Notes under the pieces: model-generated | The model's database searches: none | What the model saw: only the letters and a program-made list of their open reading frames with translations | What the model was told of the DNA's origin: nothing | Shown: positions 18,186-27,164 of the stretch, piece after piece | How positions within the stretch are numbered: position 1 is the first letter of the stretch | Layout: every line of letters starts with the position of its first letter | Source: Acidimicrobiales bacterium | GTDB taxonomy: Bacteria; Actinomycetota; Acidimicrobiia; Acidimicrobiales; GCA-2861595 | Assembly: GCA_035689115.1 (NCBI GenBank) | Contig: DASSMA010000083.1 | Location: forward strand, 1-48,636 | DNA length: 48,636 nucleotides | Direction of reading: 5' to 3' | Position numbers and translations under genes: made by a program

Positions 18186-18638
18186 ATGACCAAGCTCGTT
18201 CCGACGGGCGCCGGCCGCACCGCCCGGCGCCGTCTCCTTCCGGCCGTGCCACTGCTGGTCCTCGTCCTCGCCGGCACCGCCTGCGGGGGTGGCGACTCCA
18301 AGGCAGCCTCCGCCAAGACCCCGGTCACCGCCGGGGCCCCCGACGTCCAGGTAGCCATCGACACGTTCATGTTCGGCCCGAAGACGGTGCGGGTGCACGT
18401 CGGGGACACCGTGACGTGGACCAACCACGACGCCATCCTCCACACCGTCACGTCCGGCACCCGTCGGTACGACCCGACCAACAGCGGCCTCGTGACGGCG
18501 ACGGACAAGGACGGGATGTTCGACATGCAGCTCGACGGGAAGGGCGCCACGGCGCAATTCACGTTCTCCGAGGCGGGGACCTTCCACTACTTCTGCGACC
18601 GCCACCCCGGCATGGAAGCCGACGTGGAGGTCTCGTGA
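18186..18638 (+). CDS. Cupredoxin (type-1 copper, plastocyanin/amicyanin-like) lipoprotein
   Basis: A lipobox is present ('LVLVLAGTACGGG'). Copper ligands are 'HTVTSG' and 'FHYFCDRHPGME' (C-x2-H-x2-M). A GGAG lies upstream of the ATG at 18186. Confidence 0.8.
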   Translation: MTKLVPTGAGRTARRRLLPAVPLLVLVLAGTACGGGDSKAASAKTPVTAGAPDVQVAIDTFMFGPKTVRVHVGDTVTWTNHDAILHTVTSGTRRYDPTNSGLVTATDKDGMFDMQLDGKGATAQFTFSEAGTFHYFCDRHPGMEADVEVS

Positions 18639-18703
18639 GGTCGTCCGGGACCGCCCCCCGCTCCGAACCAGGCTCGATACCGAATCGCGACAGGAGCACA
18701 ACT

Positions 18704-19930
18704 GTGAATCGCAAGACACCGAAGCTGCTGGCCATCCTCGCCGTCGCCGGCGCGCTGACCGCTGCGTGCGGCAGCTCCAAGGACGAAACGAAGGCGACCG
18801 CCGACACGTCCGCGACGACGGCCATGGCCGACATGGCCAACGGCACCGACACCGGCGCATCGCAGCTGCGGGCCGGGCTCACCGGCCTGCTCCAGGAGCA
18901 CGTGTACCTGGCCGGCATCACGACCGGCGAGGCGCTGGCCGGGCACGACTTCAAGCCGGCCGCCGCCGCCCTCGAGGCCAACACCCAGGCCCTCCAGGAC
19001 GCCATCTCGTCCGTGTACGGCCAGGCCGGCGGCGCCCAGTTCGGCGACCTGTGGCGCAAGCACATCGGGTTCTTCGTCGACTACACCACCGGTCGGGCGA
19101 CCAAGGACCAGGCCAAGATCGCCAAGGCGAAGGCCGACCTCGACGGGTACCGCGCCGACTTCGGCGCCTTCCTCGAGTCGGCCACCAAGGGTGCGCTGCC
19201 CAAGCAGGCCGTTGCCGACGAGCTGAAGCCGCACGTCGACACGCTGTTCGCCGCCATCGACGCCCAGGCCGCCAAGGACCCGAACGCGGTCGACAAGCTG
19301 AAGGCGGCTGCCGACCACATGCCGATGACGGCGTCGATCCTCGCCGGGGCCATCGCCAAGCAGTTCCCCAACAAGTTCTCCGGCTCGACCGACGCGCCCG
19401 CGGCCGCCCTGCGCTCGACGCTGACGGCCGCCCTGCAGGAGCACGTGTACCTGGCCGGCATCACCACCGGCACCGCCCTCAGCGGCGCCGACTTCAAGCC
19501 GGCGGCGGCCGTGCTGGAGAAGAACACGCAGGCCCTCCAGGACGCCGTGACCTCGGTGTACGGCCAGGCCGGCGGCGCCCAGTTCGGCGACCTGTGGCGC
19601 AAGCACATCGGCTTCTTCGTGGACTACACCACCGGCCGGGCGACCAAGGACCAGGCCAAGGTGTCCAAGGCGGTCGCCGACCTCGACGGCTACCGGGCCG
19701 ACTTCGGTGCCTTCCTCGAGTCCGCCACCAAGGGCGGTCTGAGCAAGCAGGCGGTCGCCGACGAGTTGAAGCCCCACGTCGAGTCCCTCGCCGCTGCCGT
19801 CGACGCCCAGGCGGCGAAGGACCCGGCGCAGTTCGACAAGCTCCGGGCCGCCGCCCAGCACATGCCGATGACGGCGTCCATCCTGGCCGGCGCCATCGTC
19901 AAGCAGTTCCCCTCGAAGTTCTCCGGCTAG
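18704..19930 (+). CDS. Lipoprotein made of two tandem ~181-aa His-containing helical modules
   Basis: The GTG at 18704 is preceded 7 nt upstream by AGGAG. The lipobox is 'LAILAVAGALTAACGSS'. Two in-frame 543-nt repeats with long identical DNA stretches are present. Confidence 0.8.
   Translation: MNRKTPKLLAILAVAGALTAACGSSKDETKATADTSATTAMADMANGTDTGASQLRAGLTGLLQEHVYLAGITTGEALAGHDFKPAAAALEANTQALQDAISSVYGQAGGAQFGDLWRKHIGFFVDYTTGRATKDQAKIAKAKADLDGYRADFGAFLESATKGALPKQAVADELKPHVDTLFAAIDAQAAKDPNAVDKLKAAADHMPMTASILAGAIAKQFPNKFSGSTDAPAAALRSTLTAALQEHVYLAGITTGTALSGADFKPAAAVLEKNTQALQDAVTSVYGQAGGAQFGDLWRKHIGFFVDYTTGRATKDQAKVSKAVADLDGYRADFGAFLESATKGGLSKQAVADELKPHVESLAAAVDAQAAKDPAQFDKLRAAAQHMPMTASILAGAIVKQFPSKFSG
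18866..19930 (+). repeat. Direct tandem duplication with a 543-nt period inside the lipoprotein gene
   Basis: 'ctgcgggccgggctcaccggcctgctccaggagcacgtgtacctggccggcatcac' recurs 543 nt later, and 'ggccaggccggcggcgcccagttcggcgacctgtggcgcaagcacatcgg' occurs at ~19021 and ~19564. Confidence 0.85.
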
Positions 19931-19955
19931 CACCCACCCCAGCCGGGAGAAGACA

Positions 19956-19990
19956 CCGGCCGCCGCCCGAAACCCACGGGCGGCGGCCGG
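19956..19990 (+). terminator. GC-rich hairpin after the lipoprotein gene (candidate intrinsic terminator)
   Basis: A 14-bp perfect stem (CCGGCCGCCGCCCG / CGGGCGGCGGCCGG) with a 7-nt loop sits 26 nt after the stop. The 3' T-tract is weak. Confidence 0.45.
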
Positions 19991-20109
19991 TGGTCGTTCC
20001 CGGGCGGCGATCTTTGCCGTCCTCTTACGTTCGGATGGGCGCCCCCTGACCTCCGAATTGCGAGGCTTGCGGAAGTCCATTTCGCACTCAACGTCACAGG
20101 AGGACGCCG

Positions 20110-20541
20110 ATGGTCGAGCGACAGGTTGCCCGCGCCACCGCCATCGTCGGGCTCATGGGGATCGCCCTGATCCACTTGCTCGACCTGCCCGGGAAGCTGA
20201 AAGAGACGCCGTATCTCGGGTTCGCCTACATCGTGCTCATCGCCGGGTGTGCGCTCGTCGCCTTGCGCCTGGTGCACCACGACGACCGCCCCACCTGGTA
20301 CGCCGCCGCCGTGCTGGCCGGCGCCACCATCGCCGGCTACGCCATCAACCGCACCATCGGCATGCCCGAAGCCACCGGCGACATCGGGAACTGGCTGGAG
20401 CCGCTGGGCCTCGCCGCGCTGTTCGTGGAGGCGATGGTCGTCGCCCTCGCCGTGCTGCGCCTGCGCTCGCCGGAGGAGGAGCCCGACCGGCCCTACTACC
20501 GGTCGGCCACCCAGGCCCAGCCCACCCGCGTCGGGCGCTAG
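20110..20541 (+). CDS. Hypothetical membrane protein with four predicted transmembrane helices
   Basis: AGGAGG lies 6 nt upstream of the ATG. Hydrophobic segments include 'IVGLMGIALIHLL', 'LGFAYIVLIAGCALVAL', 'WYAAAVLAGATIAGY' and 'LGLAALFVEAMVVALAVL'. Confidence 0.7.
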   Translation: MVERQVARATAIVGLMGIALIHLLDLPGKLKETPYLGFAYIVLIAGCALVALRLVHHDDRPTWYAAAVLAGATIAGYAINRTIGMPEATGDIGNWLEPLGLAALFVEAMVVALAVLRLRSPEEEPDRPYYRSATQAQPTRVGR

Positions 20542-20606
20542 CCCCAGCCCGGCGGTCGCCCGTCGCCGGCCGGCCCCCGGCCGGCGGCGGGCCTACCATC
20601 GCCCCG

Positions 20607-20906
20607 ATGGCCGAGTGGGTGTACTTCCTGCACGCGCCGAGGGACGACTTCGGCGCCACGATGACCGCCGAGGAGCAGGAGGCGTTCGACCGCCATTTCG
20701 AGTGGCTCCGCCGCCTGCACGGCGACGGCGTGCTCATCCTCGCCGGCCCCACCCTCGGGCGGGTGAACACCGGCATCAACGTGTTCGAGGCCCCCGACGA
20801 GGCGGCGGCCCTGCGGATCTTGCAGGAGGACCCGGTGGTGGCCGGAGGGTTCGCCCGGGGCGAACTGCGACCGTTCCGGGTCAGCCTGCTGCGGGGCCGG
20901 GAGTAA
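20607..20906 (+). CDS. YciI-like protein
   Basis: 'MAEWVYFLHAPRDDFGATMTAEEQEAFDRHFEWLRRLHGDGVLILAGP' matches the family. Confidence 0.7.
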   Translation: MAEWVYFLHAPRDDFGATMTAEEQEAFDRHFEWLRRLHGDGVLILAGPTLGRVNTGINVFEAPDEAAALRILQEDPVVAGGFARGELRPFRVSLLRGRE

Positions 20907-22062
20907 CGCCCGGGCAGGCCTTCGAGCCGAACACGGCGTGGCCGGACCAGGTCCGCCCGCCGTCGCCGGTGCGGTAGAGGCACCCGGCCCGGTCGGCCGT
21001 CGTCGAGTACGCCCACAGCACCGACCGGTCCAGCACGCCCACGTCGGTGAAGGCGGCGGGGAGGGTGGTGCGGCTCCACGCCGTGCCGCCGTCGCCCGAG
21101 TACTCGACCACCACCGGGAGCCCGCCGGCGACCAGGAGATGGCCGGCGTCGAGCACGGTGACGGCGCTCACGCCGTGGGGGAAGCGGTGGGTCGGCGCCC
21201 AGGTCCGGCCGCCGTCGACGGTCGCCCACAGGGTGCCGGCGCGGGCGTCGTCGGTGGCCGTGACCGCCCAGCCGTGGAGGCGGTCGGCGAAGGCGAGGTC
21301 GCGGAGGAACTCGTCCTCGGCGCCGATGAGCCTGGCCACCGTCCAGGTGGCGCCGCCGTCGGCGGTGGCGGCGATCTGGCGGTCGGCGTCGGCCACCCAG
21401 CCGTGGAGGGTGTCCACGAAGCGCACCGTCGAGGCCAGGGGCAGGGCCGTCGGTGACAGGGCGGTCCACGTCCGGCCGCCGTCGGTGGACCGCAGCACGG
21501 CGGGCGCCCCGCCGGTGTCCCCGGCGGCGAAGCCCCGCCGGGCGTCCAGGAAGTACACGTCGTGCACGAAGGTGGCCGGGTCGGGCAGCCGCGCCGCCCT
21601 CCAGGTGGCGCCGCCGTCGGCCGTGAGGAGGACCCGGCCGGCGGTGCTGCCCGTGACCGCCGCCCAGCCGTGGGCGTCGTCGACGAAGAAGAGCGCCTCG
21701 GTCGCCCCGATACCTGCCAGACAATGGGAGGTCCACGTCGCCCCGCCGTCGCCGCTGCCGACCAGGACCGGCGCCCCCGCCCCCGCCCCTTCCAGCTCCA
21801 CCCAGACGCCCGAGGGCCGGGCCCGGATGGCCTCCACGCCCTTCAGCCGCCCGCCATCCGGCACCGGGCAGGGCTGGGTGACGCCGGCCGACCGCGCAGG
21901 CGTCGTCGCCGGGGCGGCCGGGGGCTGGGCCGCTGTCGGCGCGGTGGTGGGCGCAGGCCGCCGGCTGCCGGCGTTCAGGCGCTCGGCCTTCCCCGGGCCG
22001 GAACATGCGGCGCCGAGCAGCGCGGCCGCGGCCAGGACGGCGGCGACGGAGCGGGTGCCCAC
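20881..22062 (-). CDS. Lipoprotein with BNR/Ycf48-like beta-propeller repeats
   Basis: The lipobox is 'LLGAACSG'. Repeated 'DGGATW / DGGRTW / DGGTAW' motifs are present. Confidence 0.75.
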   Translation of the reverse strand: MGTRSVAAVLAAAALLGAACSGPGKAERLNAGSRRPAPTTAPTAAQPPAAPATTPARSAGVTQPCPVPDGGRLKGVEAIRARPSGVWVELEGAGAGAPVLVGSGDGGATWTSHCLAGIGATEALFFVDDAHGWAAVTGSTAGRVLLTADGGATWRAARLPDPATFVHDVYFLDARRGFAAGDTGGAPAVLRSTDGGRTWTALSPTALPLASTVRFVDTLHGWVADADRQIAATADGGATWTVARLIGAEDEFLRDLAFADRLHGWAVTATDDARAGTLWATVDGGRTWAPTHRFPHGVSAVTVLDAGHLLVAGGLPVVVEYSGDGGTAWSRTTLPAAFTDVGVLDRSVLWAYSTTADRAGCLYRTGDGGRTWSGHAVFGSKACPGVTPGPAAG

Positions 22063-22128
22063 CCACTTTCATCGGCAGGCCGGTGTGCCGGCGGAGGCCG
22101 TGAGGACCAAAGTCCTCCGCCGGCCGGA

Positions 22129-23613
22129 TCAGCTGTCGGCGCCGTCGCCCTTGGCCCGGGTCACCACCAGGTCGCCCACCTTGCGGCCCATGGTGAGGCC
22201 GGCCTCGTCCATGGGGAAGTGGATGCCGGCCCAGATCCGGGACTCGGCCTGGGTCTCGGCCCGCTGCTTGAACTCGGCCGCGTGGGACGGGAACAGGTAG
22301 GTCATCACCTGCTGGACGGCGCCGGCGTAGGTGGAGCTGCCTGACACGTAGGCGGGGAAGCGCGGGGTGTCGATCACCGGCTTGAAGTTCTTGTCGATGC
22401 CCAGGTCGTGGATGGCGTTCTCGGGGCGGGGCATCCAGTAGGTGAACTTGGTGTCCCACGACGCCACGCCGGCGTCGGCCAGCGCGACGGTGACCAGCGC
22501 CATGGCCCGCACCGCCCGGGGAAGGGTGAGCCGCTGGCCGTCGACCAGGTCACCGTTGACCGCCTTCAGGATGTCGCCCTGGGAGGTGTCGGCGACGATC
22601 CCGGCGGGCAGCGGCGTGCCGGCCAGGCCGGCGTAGAAGTGCACCGCCTGGAGCTGCTCGGGGGTGAGGTGGTCCTTCCCGTCGGCGACCTGCTTGGCCT
22701 CGGCGATGTACTCCGGGCTGCCGTAGGCCGGCGGCGGCGGGGCCCGGAACTGGCTGCCCGACGTCATGACCCATGTCTTCCACGTGCCGGCCAGCGGTTC
22801 GGTGGGCGGCGAGCTCGGGTCGGCCCCGGGCGGCGGCTCCCAGAAGGCGGGGCCATGGCCGATGCCGGGCGGGCGGGTGCCGTCCCACTTCTTGTCGGAG
22901 CCGTCGGTCTTGGCCCGGGCGATCACCAGGTCGGCGACCTTGTGGCCCAGCTCGAGGCCCGCTTCCACCTCGCTGCGGGTGTTGACCCCGGCGTAGACCC
23001 GGCTGTCGGCCGCCTGGTCGGCCAGCGCGTCCATCTTCGCCTGGGAGGCCAGGTTCGGGTACAGGTAGGCGAGGACGCGGGCGGCGGCCCCGGCGATGGT
23101 GGCGTGGGCGGACGGGTAGGACGGGTCGGGGCCCGGGCCGATCATGGTGTCGCTGTTCACGTCCGGCGGGTCGACCTTGTACTTGTACTTCCAGTACCAC
23201 GCAGCGGTGACGGCGTCGTTCATGGCCACGTGGAGGAGGGCGTAGTTCCGGGACGACAGCGGCGGGTTCTTGGCGCTCTTGGAGACCAGGTCCAGCTCGG
23301 TGTCGGTCCACGGCTTGGTGGGCAGGGGGCCGTTGAACTTCTGCACCATGGCCTTCACCTCGGCCGTCCGCTTGCCGGCCAGGTCCTTCAGCTCCGCCTG
23401 GTCGGCCTTCGCCTTGGCCGACCCCGGCTTGGGCGGGGCCGGTACCGCCAGCTTGGCCGGCGAGCCGATGACCCACGTCTTCCACTGGCCGGCGGTGGGC
23501 TCGCTGCCGTCGGCGGCCGCCCTGGCCCCGCTCGACGACCCGCACGCCGCCAGCAGGGGCAGCACGAGGGCGGCGGCCAGGCCGAGCGTGGCCAGTCTCC
23601 TGCGAGATGTCAT
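22129..23613 (-). CDS. PAP2-superfamily / vanadium-haloperoxidase-like lipoprotein with two PAP2-like halves
   Basis: The lipobox is 'LPLLAACGSS'. The first half has 'YPSAHAT' (motif 2) and a degenerate motif 3. The second half has 'SRIWAGIHFPMDEAG' (motif 3, SRxxxxxHxxxD). The ATG at 23613 overlaps the upstream stop as ATGA. Confidence 0.7.
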   Translation of the reverse strand: MTSRRRLATLGLAAALVLPLLAACGSSSGARAAADGSEPTAGQWKTWVIGSPAKLAVPAPPKPGSAKAKADQAELKDLAGKRTAEVKAMVQKFNGPLPTKPWTDTELDLVSKSAKNPPLSSRNYALLHVAMNDAVTAAWYWKYKYKVDPPDVNSDTMIGPGPDPSYPSAHATIAGAAARVLAYLYPNLASQAKMDALADQAADSRVYAGVNTRSEVEAGLELGHKVADLVIARAKTDGSDKKWDGTRPPGIGHGPAFWEPPPGADPSSPPTEPLAGTWKTWVMTSGSQFRAPPPPAYGSPEYIAEAKQVADGKDHLTPEQLQAVHFYAGLAGTPLPAGIVADTSQGDILKAVNGDLVDGQRLTLPRAVRAMALVTVALADAGVASWDTKFTYWMPRPENAIHDLGIDKNFKPVIDTPRFPAYVSGSSTYAGAVQQVMTYLFPSHAAEFKQRAETQAESRIWAGIHFPMDEAGLTMGRKVGDLVVTRAKGDGADS

Positions 23614-24572
23614 GCGGAGCTCCCTTGGAGGACCGACGACCGGACGGTCCCGTCGCCGTTGTGCCACTGCTGGGGGAACGGGCGGGACGACGCCACGATC
23701 GGCTCGCGCTCCCAGCGCGTCGGCACCGGTGCGGCCACCGCCCGCACCCGGTCGAGGGCCAGGAGGGCGAGGAGGGCGACGGGGAGGGCGTAGTCGCCGG
23801 CCCGCTCGACGAACTGGAACAGGGGCTGGCCGGCCAGCGGGCGGAGCAGCTCCGTGCCGAGCTTCCACGCCAGCACGAACACCAGCAGTTGGCGGACGGG
23901 AGCCAGGAGGACGGCGAGGCCGAGCGCCACCTCGAACCAGCCGACCCAGGCGGCCAGGTGCAGGGTGGCCGACGTGTCCCGGGCGATGCCGGCGACGGCG
24001 AAGAAGTCGCCCCATTCGGCCTTGTGGGCCCAGATGCCGAGGCCGCCGTGGCCCACGAGCAGCAGGGCGATGGTCACCCGGGCGACCCAGGCCACCTGGC
24101 CGGCCCGCACGGCGTCGAGGGACGGCGACGGCCGCACGGTACCGAACCAGGAGGACCAGGACCGCGAGGGGAGGCCGGCCAGGACCAGGAAGGCGAGAGG
24201 GCCGCCGTAGTTGGCGCCTCGCTCGACCAGCTCGAAGGCGGACTCCCCGACCAGGGGGCGGAGGACGGCGGTGAAGAGGCCCCAGAAGGCCATCCACACC
24301 AGCGCCGCCCGCATGGGCCGGAACAGCACCAGCAGCGCCATGGAGATGTCGACGGTGCCGGTGACGTAGAAGAAGACGTGGTTGGCGGCGTGCTCGGACA
24401 CGCCGAGCAGCCCGTAGTAGGGGAGCCACGCCCTGGAGTGGGCCAGGCCGGCCATGCCGTGCCCGATGAACTCCAGCGCCACCCCGACGCGCAGGGCCCA
24501 GTACAGCACCGTCGCAGGCGTGGGCGCCGGGCGCTCGGTCACAGAGAAGGCGGGCAGGGCGACCAACGACAT
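23610..24572 (-). CDS. Integral membrane protein with an internal duplication (DoxX-like 4-TM module x2)
   Basis: The two halves share 'RPLVGESAFELVERGANYGGPLAFLVLAGL' and 'RPLAGQPLFQFVERAGDYALPVALLALLAL'. The start is the ATG for 'MSLVALPAF'. Confidence 0.65.
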   Translation of the reverse strand: MSLVALPAFSVTERPAPTPATVLYWALRVGVALEFIGHGMAGLAHSRAWLPYYGLLGVSEHAANHVFFYVTGTVDISMALLVLFRPMRAALVWMAFWGLFTAVLRPLVGESAFELVERGANYGGPLAFLVLAGLPSRSWSSWFGTVRPSPSLDAVRAGQVAWVARVTIALLLVGHGGLGIWAHKAEWGDFFAVAGIARDTSATLHLAAWVGWFEVALGLAVLLAPVRQLLVFVLAWKLGTELLRPLAGQPLFQFVERAGDYALPVALLALLALDRVRAVAAPVPTRWEREPIVASSRPFPQQWHNGDGTVRSSVLQGSSA

Positions 24573-24618
24573 CGGTGGTGAGGGTACGAATCGCCCGTAA
24601 GCAGGCCGTAAGTGGTGT

Positions 24619-25221
24619 CTACGAGCCTTCGAGCGCCTCCAGCACGTCCTCGGGCGCCGGCTCGGCGCCGCCCAGGAAGGCCCGGTGGGCCTGGACGGCG
24701 AGGACGGACAGGCCGGTGGGCCCCCCGCCCCGGAGCCTCTCGGGCAGGAGGTCGGGGTGCTCGCCGAGCCAGCGGGCGGCTGCTCGAACGGCCGCCGCGG
24801 CGTCCTCGTCGGCCGGCGAGGGCACGGCGAAGCGCCACCGGCGGGTGCGCTCGGCGATGGCCGGCGCCTCCGGCTCCACCGCAGCGGCGGCGAACACCCG
24901 GCAGTCGTAGGAGCGGCAGGCGCGGGGCCGGTGCTCGTAGATCGAGCACCGGCCATCGACGAGCATCGGGCAGTGGCCCCGCTCGTCGAAGCCGAGCACC
25001 ACGTGGCCGGCGGGCCGCAGGGGAGCGGGGAAGAGCAGGGCGGGCGGGATACGGGCCAGCGTGGCCGCCTCGTCGGGGCCGATGTGGACGAACTGCGACG
25101 ACGTGCAGCACGCCGTGCACCCGTCGCACGGCACCACCGCTTCCCCGCCGGCCACCGCCCGTTCCGCCTCGCGCAGCCAGACCGAGAACCGGCCGGCGGC
25201 AAGCGGCGGGTCGTCGCCCAT
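24619..25221 (-). CDS. YkgJ-family Cys-cluster (zinc/iron-chelating) protein
   Basis: The Cys-cluster signature is present ('CDGCTACC...CPMLVDGRCSIYEHRPRACRSYDC'). Confidence 0.75.
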   Translation of the reverse strand: MGDDPPLAAGRFSVWLREAERAVAGGEAVVPCDGCTACCTSSQFVHIGPDEAATLARIPPALLFPAPLRPAGHVVLGFDERGHCPMLVDGRCSIYEHRPRACRSYDCRVFAAAAVEPEAPAIAERTRRWRFAVPSPADEDAAAAVRAAARWLGEHPDLLPERLRGGGPTGLSVLAVQAHRAFLGGAEPAPEDVLEALEGS

Positions 25222-25339
25222 CGGGGTCACGGTAGCGGGGCCGAAAGGGCAGGACCGGGTGCCCAAAAGGGCCTCCTGGGCGGCCGCCCTTGCCGGCGCC
25301 GCGCCGCCGCCGGATACTCGCCCTCCGGAGGGAGGAAGC

Positions 25340-26635
25340 ATGCGGGCTCGTCCGGTCCATCAGCAGAACGCCGGCCGCCAACCGCCAGTGCGCCGCGCCG
25401 GATCGACCGCCGCCCTCCTCGCGCCCACCCCGGCATCCCTGCTCCAACTCCAGCGCCTGGCCGGGAACGCCTCGGTCACCGCCCTGCTCGCCGGGTGGGG
25501 AGCCCCCGGGGCGACGACGGTCCAGCGCCAGCTCGCCCCAGGGATGTACGTCCTCAACGCCAGGGGCCGCCTGCGCAGCGAGGGCAGCCGTCACCCGAAG
25601 ATCGAGAGCCTTCGGCCCGGGCGCCCGGCCACGGTGCTCCCCAACGGCGGGCGGAAGTCCGCCTTCAAGATCGGGACGTCGGGCCTGGTCGAGAACTCCT
25701 GGGCGAGGACGGCCAGCGCCGGACCGGGGTGGATCCGGGACGCCCGGCTGGACCCGACCACCCTGGTCGGAGCGCTCGACGCCACCCTCCGCGGCCCGCG
25801 GAAGCCCACGGCCGACGAGCTGCGGGCGGTGATCGCCTGGGCGACGCCCGACGAGCGCAGGGCGGCGGCCGCCGACGATGCCTTCCTGGCCAGGGCCAAG
25901 AAGGCGCTGGACTCGGACACCTACCTCCAGGTCCTGCCCGCTCTCGGCGTCCACCGCACGCCGGACCGGGTCAAGAGCGGAGGCCCGGGCGCCCTCGGGC
26001 ACCCGACCGGCCACGACGCCGACGTCGCCATCCGCGCCGAACTGGCGCACGAGGTCGCCGACGCGGTGAAGGCGGGCCGGCAGGTCGAGGGCGAGGTCTC
26101 CGTGGTGGGCGACCAGGACTTCCAGGCGGCCTTCGACCGCCAGTGGGTGGTGGCCGCCGGCCAGAAGCAGTACATCGGGAAGAACGCCTGGGACATCTGC
26201 GAGGCGTTCGTCGACGTGAACCTCCCGAAGCGCCACATCTGGATCCACCGCAGCCTCGGCGACCTGGGGACGATCATCCACGAGGGCATGCACAAGTACG
26301 CGGACTCGCTCCTCCGGGACGAGCAGATCCAGCTGTGCAACGTCAACAAGATCACCCACGGGGGCACGTCGCGGCTCGACGAGGGCATCACCGAGTACTT
26401 CACCCGCCCGGTGGTGGTGAACCAGCTGAAGGTCCCTCGGGCGGACTACTACGCCAACGAGCACAAGGTCGCCACCAAGCTGGCCGCCCGCTTCGGCCGG
26501 CCCACACTGGTGAACGCCTACTTCAACGGCGACTTCGAGGGGCTGAAGCAGGCCTTCGGCAAGGGATGGCCCGTGTTCGCCGAGCGCCTCGAGCGGTCGG
26601 ACTGGCGCTGGCTGCTCATCAACGGCTGGATGTGA
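25340..26635 (+). CDS. Hypothetical HExxH (zincin-like) protein with an N-terminal 'LQRxxGN' leader motif; candidate effector/toxin
   Basis: GGAGGGAGG lies 6 nt upstream of the ATG. The N-terminus 'LLQLQRLAGNASVTALLAG' resembles the leader seen on actinobacterial DUF4157 / contractile-injection-system-associated proteins. Downstream are 'TIIHEGMHKYAD' and 'EGITEYF', consistent with HExxH plus a Glu ligand. Confidence 0.7.
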   Translation: MRARPVHQQNAGRQPPVRRAGSTAALLAPTPASLLQLQRLAGNASVTALLAGWGAPGATTVQRQLAPGMYVLNARGRLRSEGSRHPKIESLRPGRPATVLPNGGRKSAFKIGTSGLVENSWARTASAGPGWIRDARLDPTTLVGALDATLRGPRKPTADELRAVIAWATPDERRAAAADDAFLARAKKALDSDTYLQVLPALGVHRTPDRVKSGGPGALGHPTGHDADVAIRAELAHEVADAVKAGRQVEGEVSVVGDQDFQAAFDRQWVVAAGQKQYIGKNAWDICEAFVDVNLPKRHIWIHRSLGDLGTIIHEGMHKYADSLLRDEQIQLCNVNKITHGGTSRLDEGITEYFTRPVVVNQLKVPRADYYANEHKVATKLAARFGRPTLVNAYFNGDFEGLKQAFGKGWPVFAERLERSDWRWLLINGWM

Positions 26636-26636
26636 C

Positions 26637-26996
26637 ATGCCGTCGACCGCCGAGGAGTGGATCGACTTCGCCAGGGGCCGCCTGTCGCCCGAACGCACGC
26701 ACCTCACCCTCACGGACGCCCCTCCCGTCGAGGCGCCGGGCGACCTCGGGGCGGTGGCCGGCTTCGGCGGCGAGGCCGAGGGCGTCGACCTCCATGTCAG
26801 CGTGTACGTCTTCGAGGAGTGGGGCGCCGGCCTGGCGCCGATGCAGGACCTGAAGGCGCACGCCGAGGCTCAGGGACGGGAGCCCCTTGCCGTCGTGGAC
26901 GGGCCCGTCCTCTTCTTCGCCACGGCCGGGCCCGAGCAGGAAGACCGGTTGGCCCTGTTCGCCGTCGCCGACTGCTTCAGCGGCCCACGGCTCTAG
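26637..26996 (+). CDS. Small acidic hypothetical protein (119 aa), translationally coupled to the HExxH protein; candidate immunity/partner
   Basis: The ATG lies 1 nt after the upstream TGA. The protein has no family signature. Confidence 0.5.
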   Translation: MPSTAEEWIDFARGRLSPERTHLTLTDAPPVEAPGDLGAVAGFGGEAEGVDLHVSVYVFEEWGAGLAPMQDLKAHAEAQGREPLAVVDGPVLFFATAGPEQEDRLALFAVADCFSGPRL

Positions 26997-27164
26997 GAGC
27001 CCGGTGTCTTTCGCGCTCGGCGCTGAGCGCCGAGGGCCGACCTACCCTGACCAGCGCCTCTCCAGAGCAGACGAGCGGGTGACGGGGCGGTCGGCCCCGA
27101 ACGAGGGTTTCGACACCAGTCTCCTCAGGAGGGTGAGAGCGTTGAGCCACTGCGGAACGGCAAC

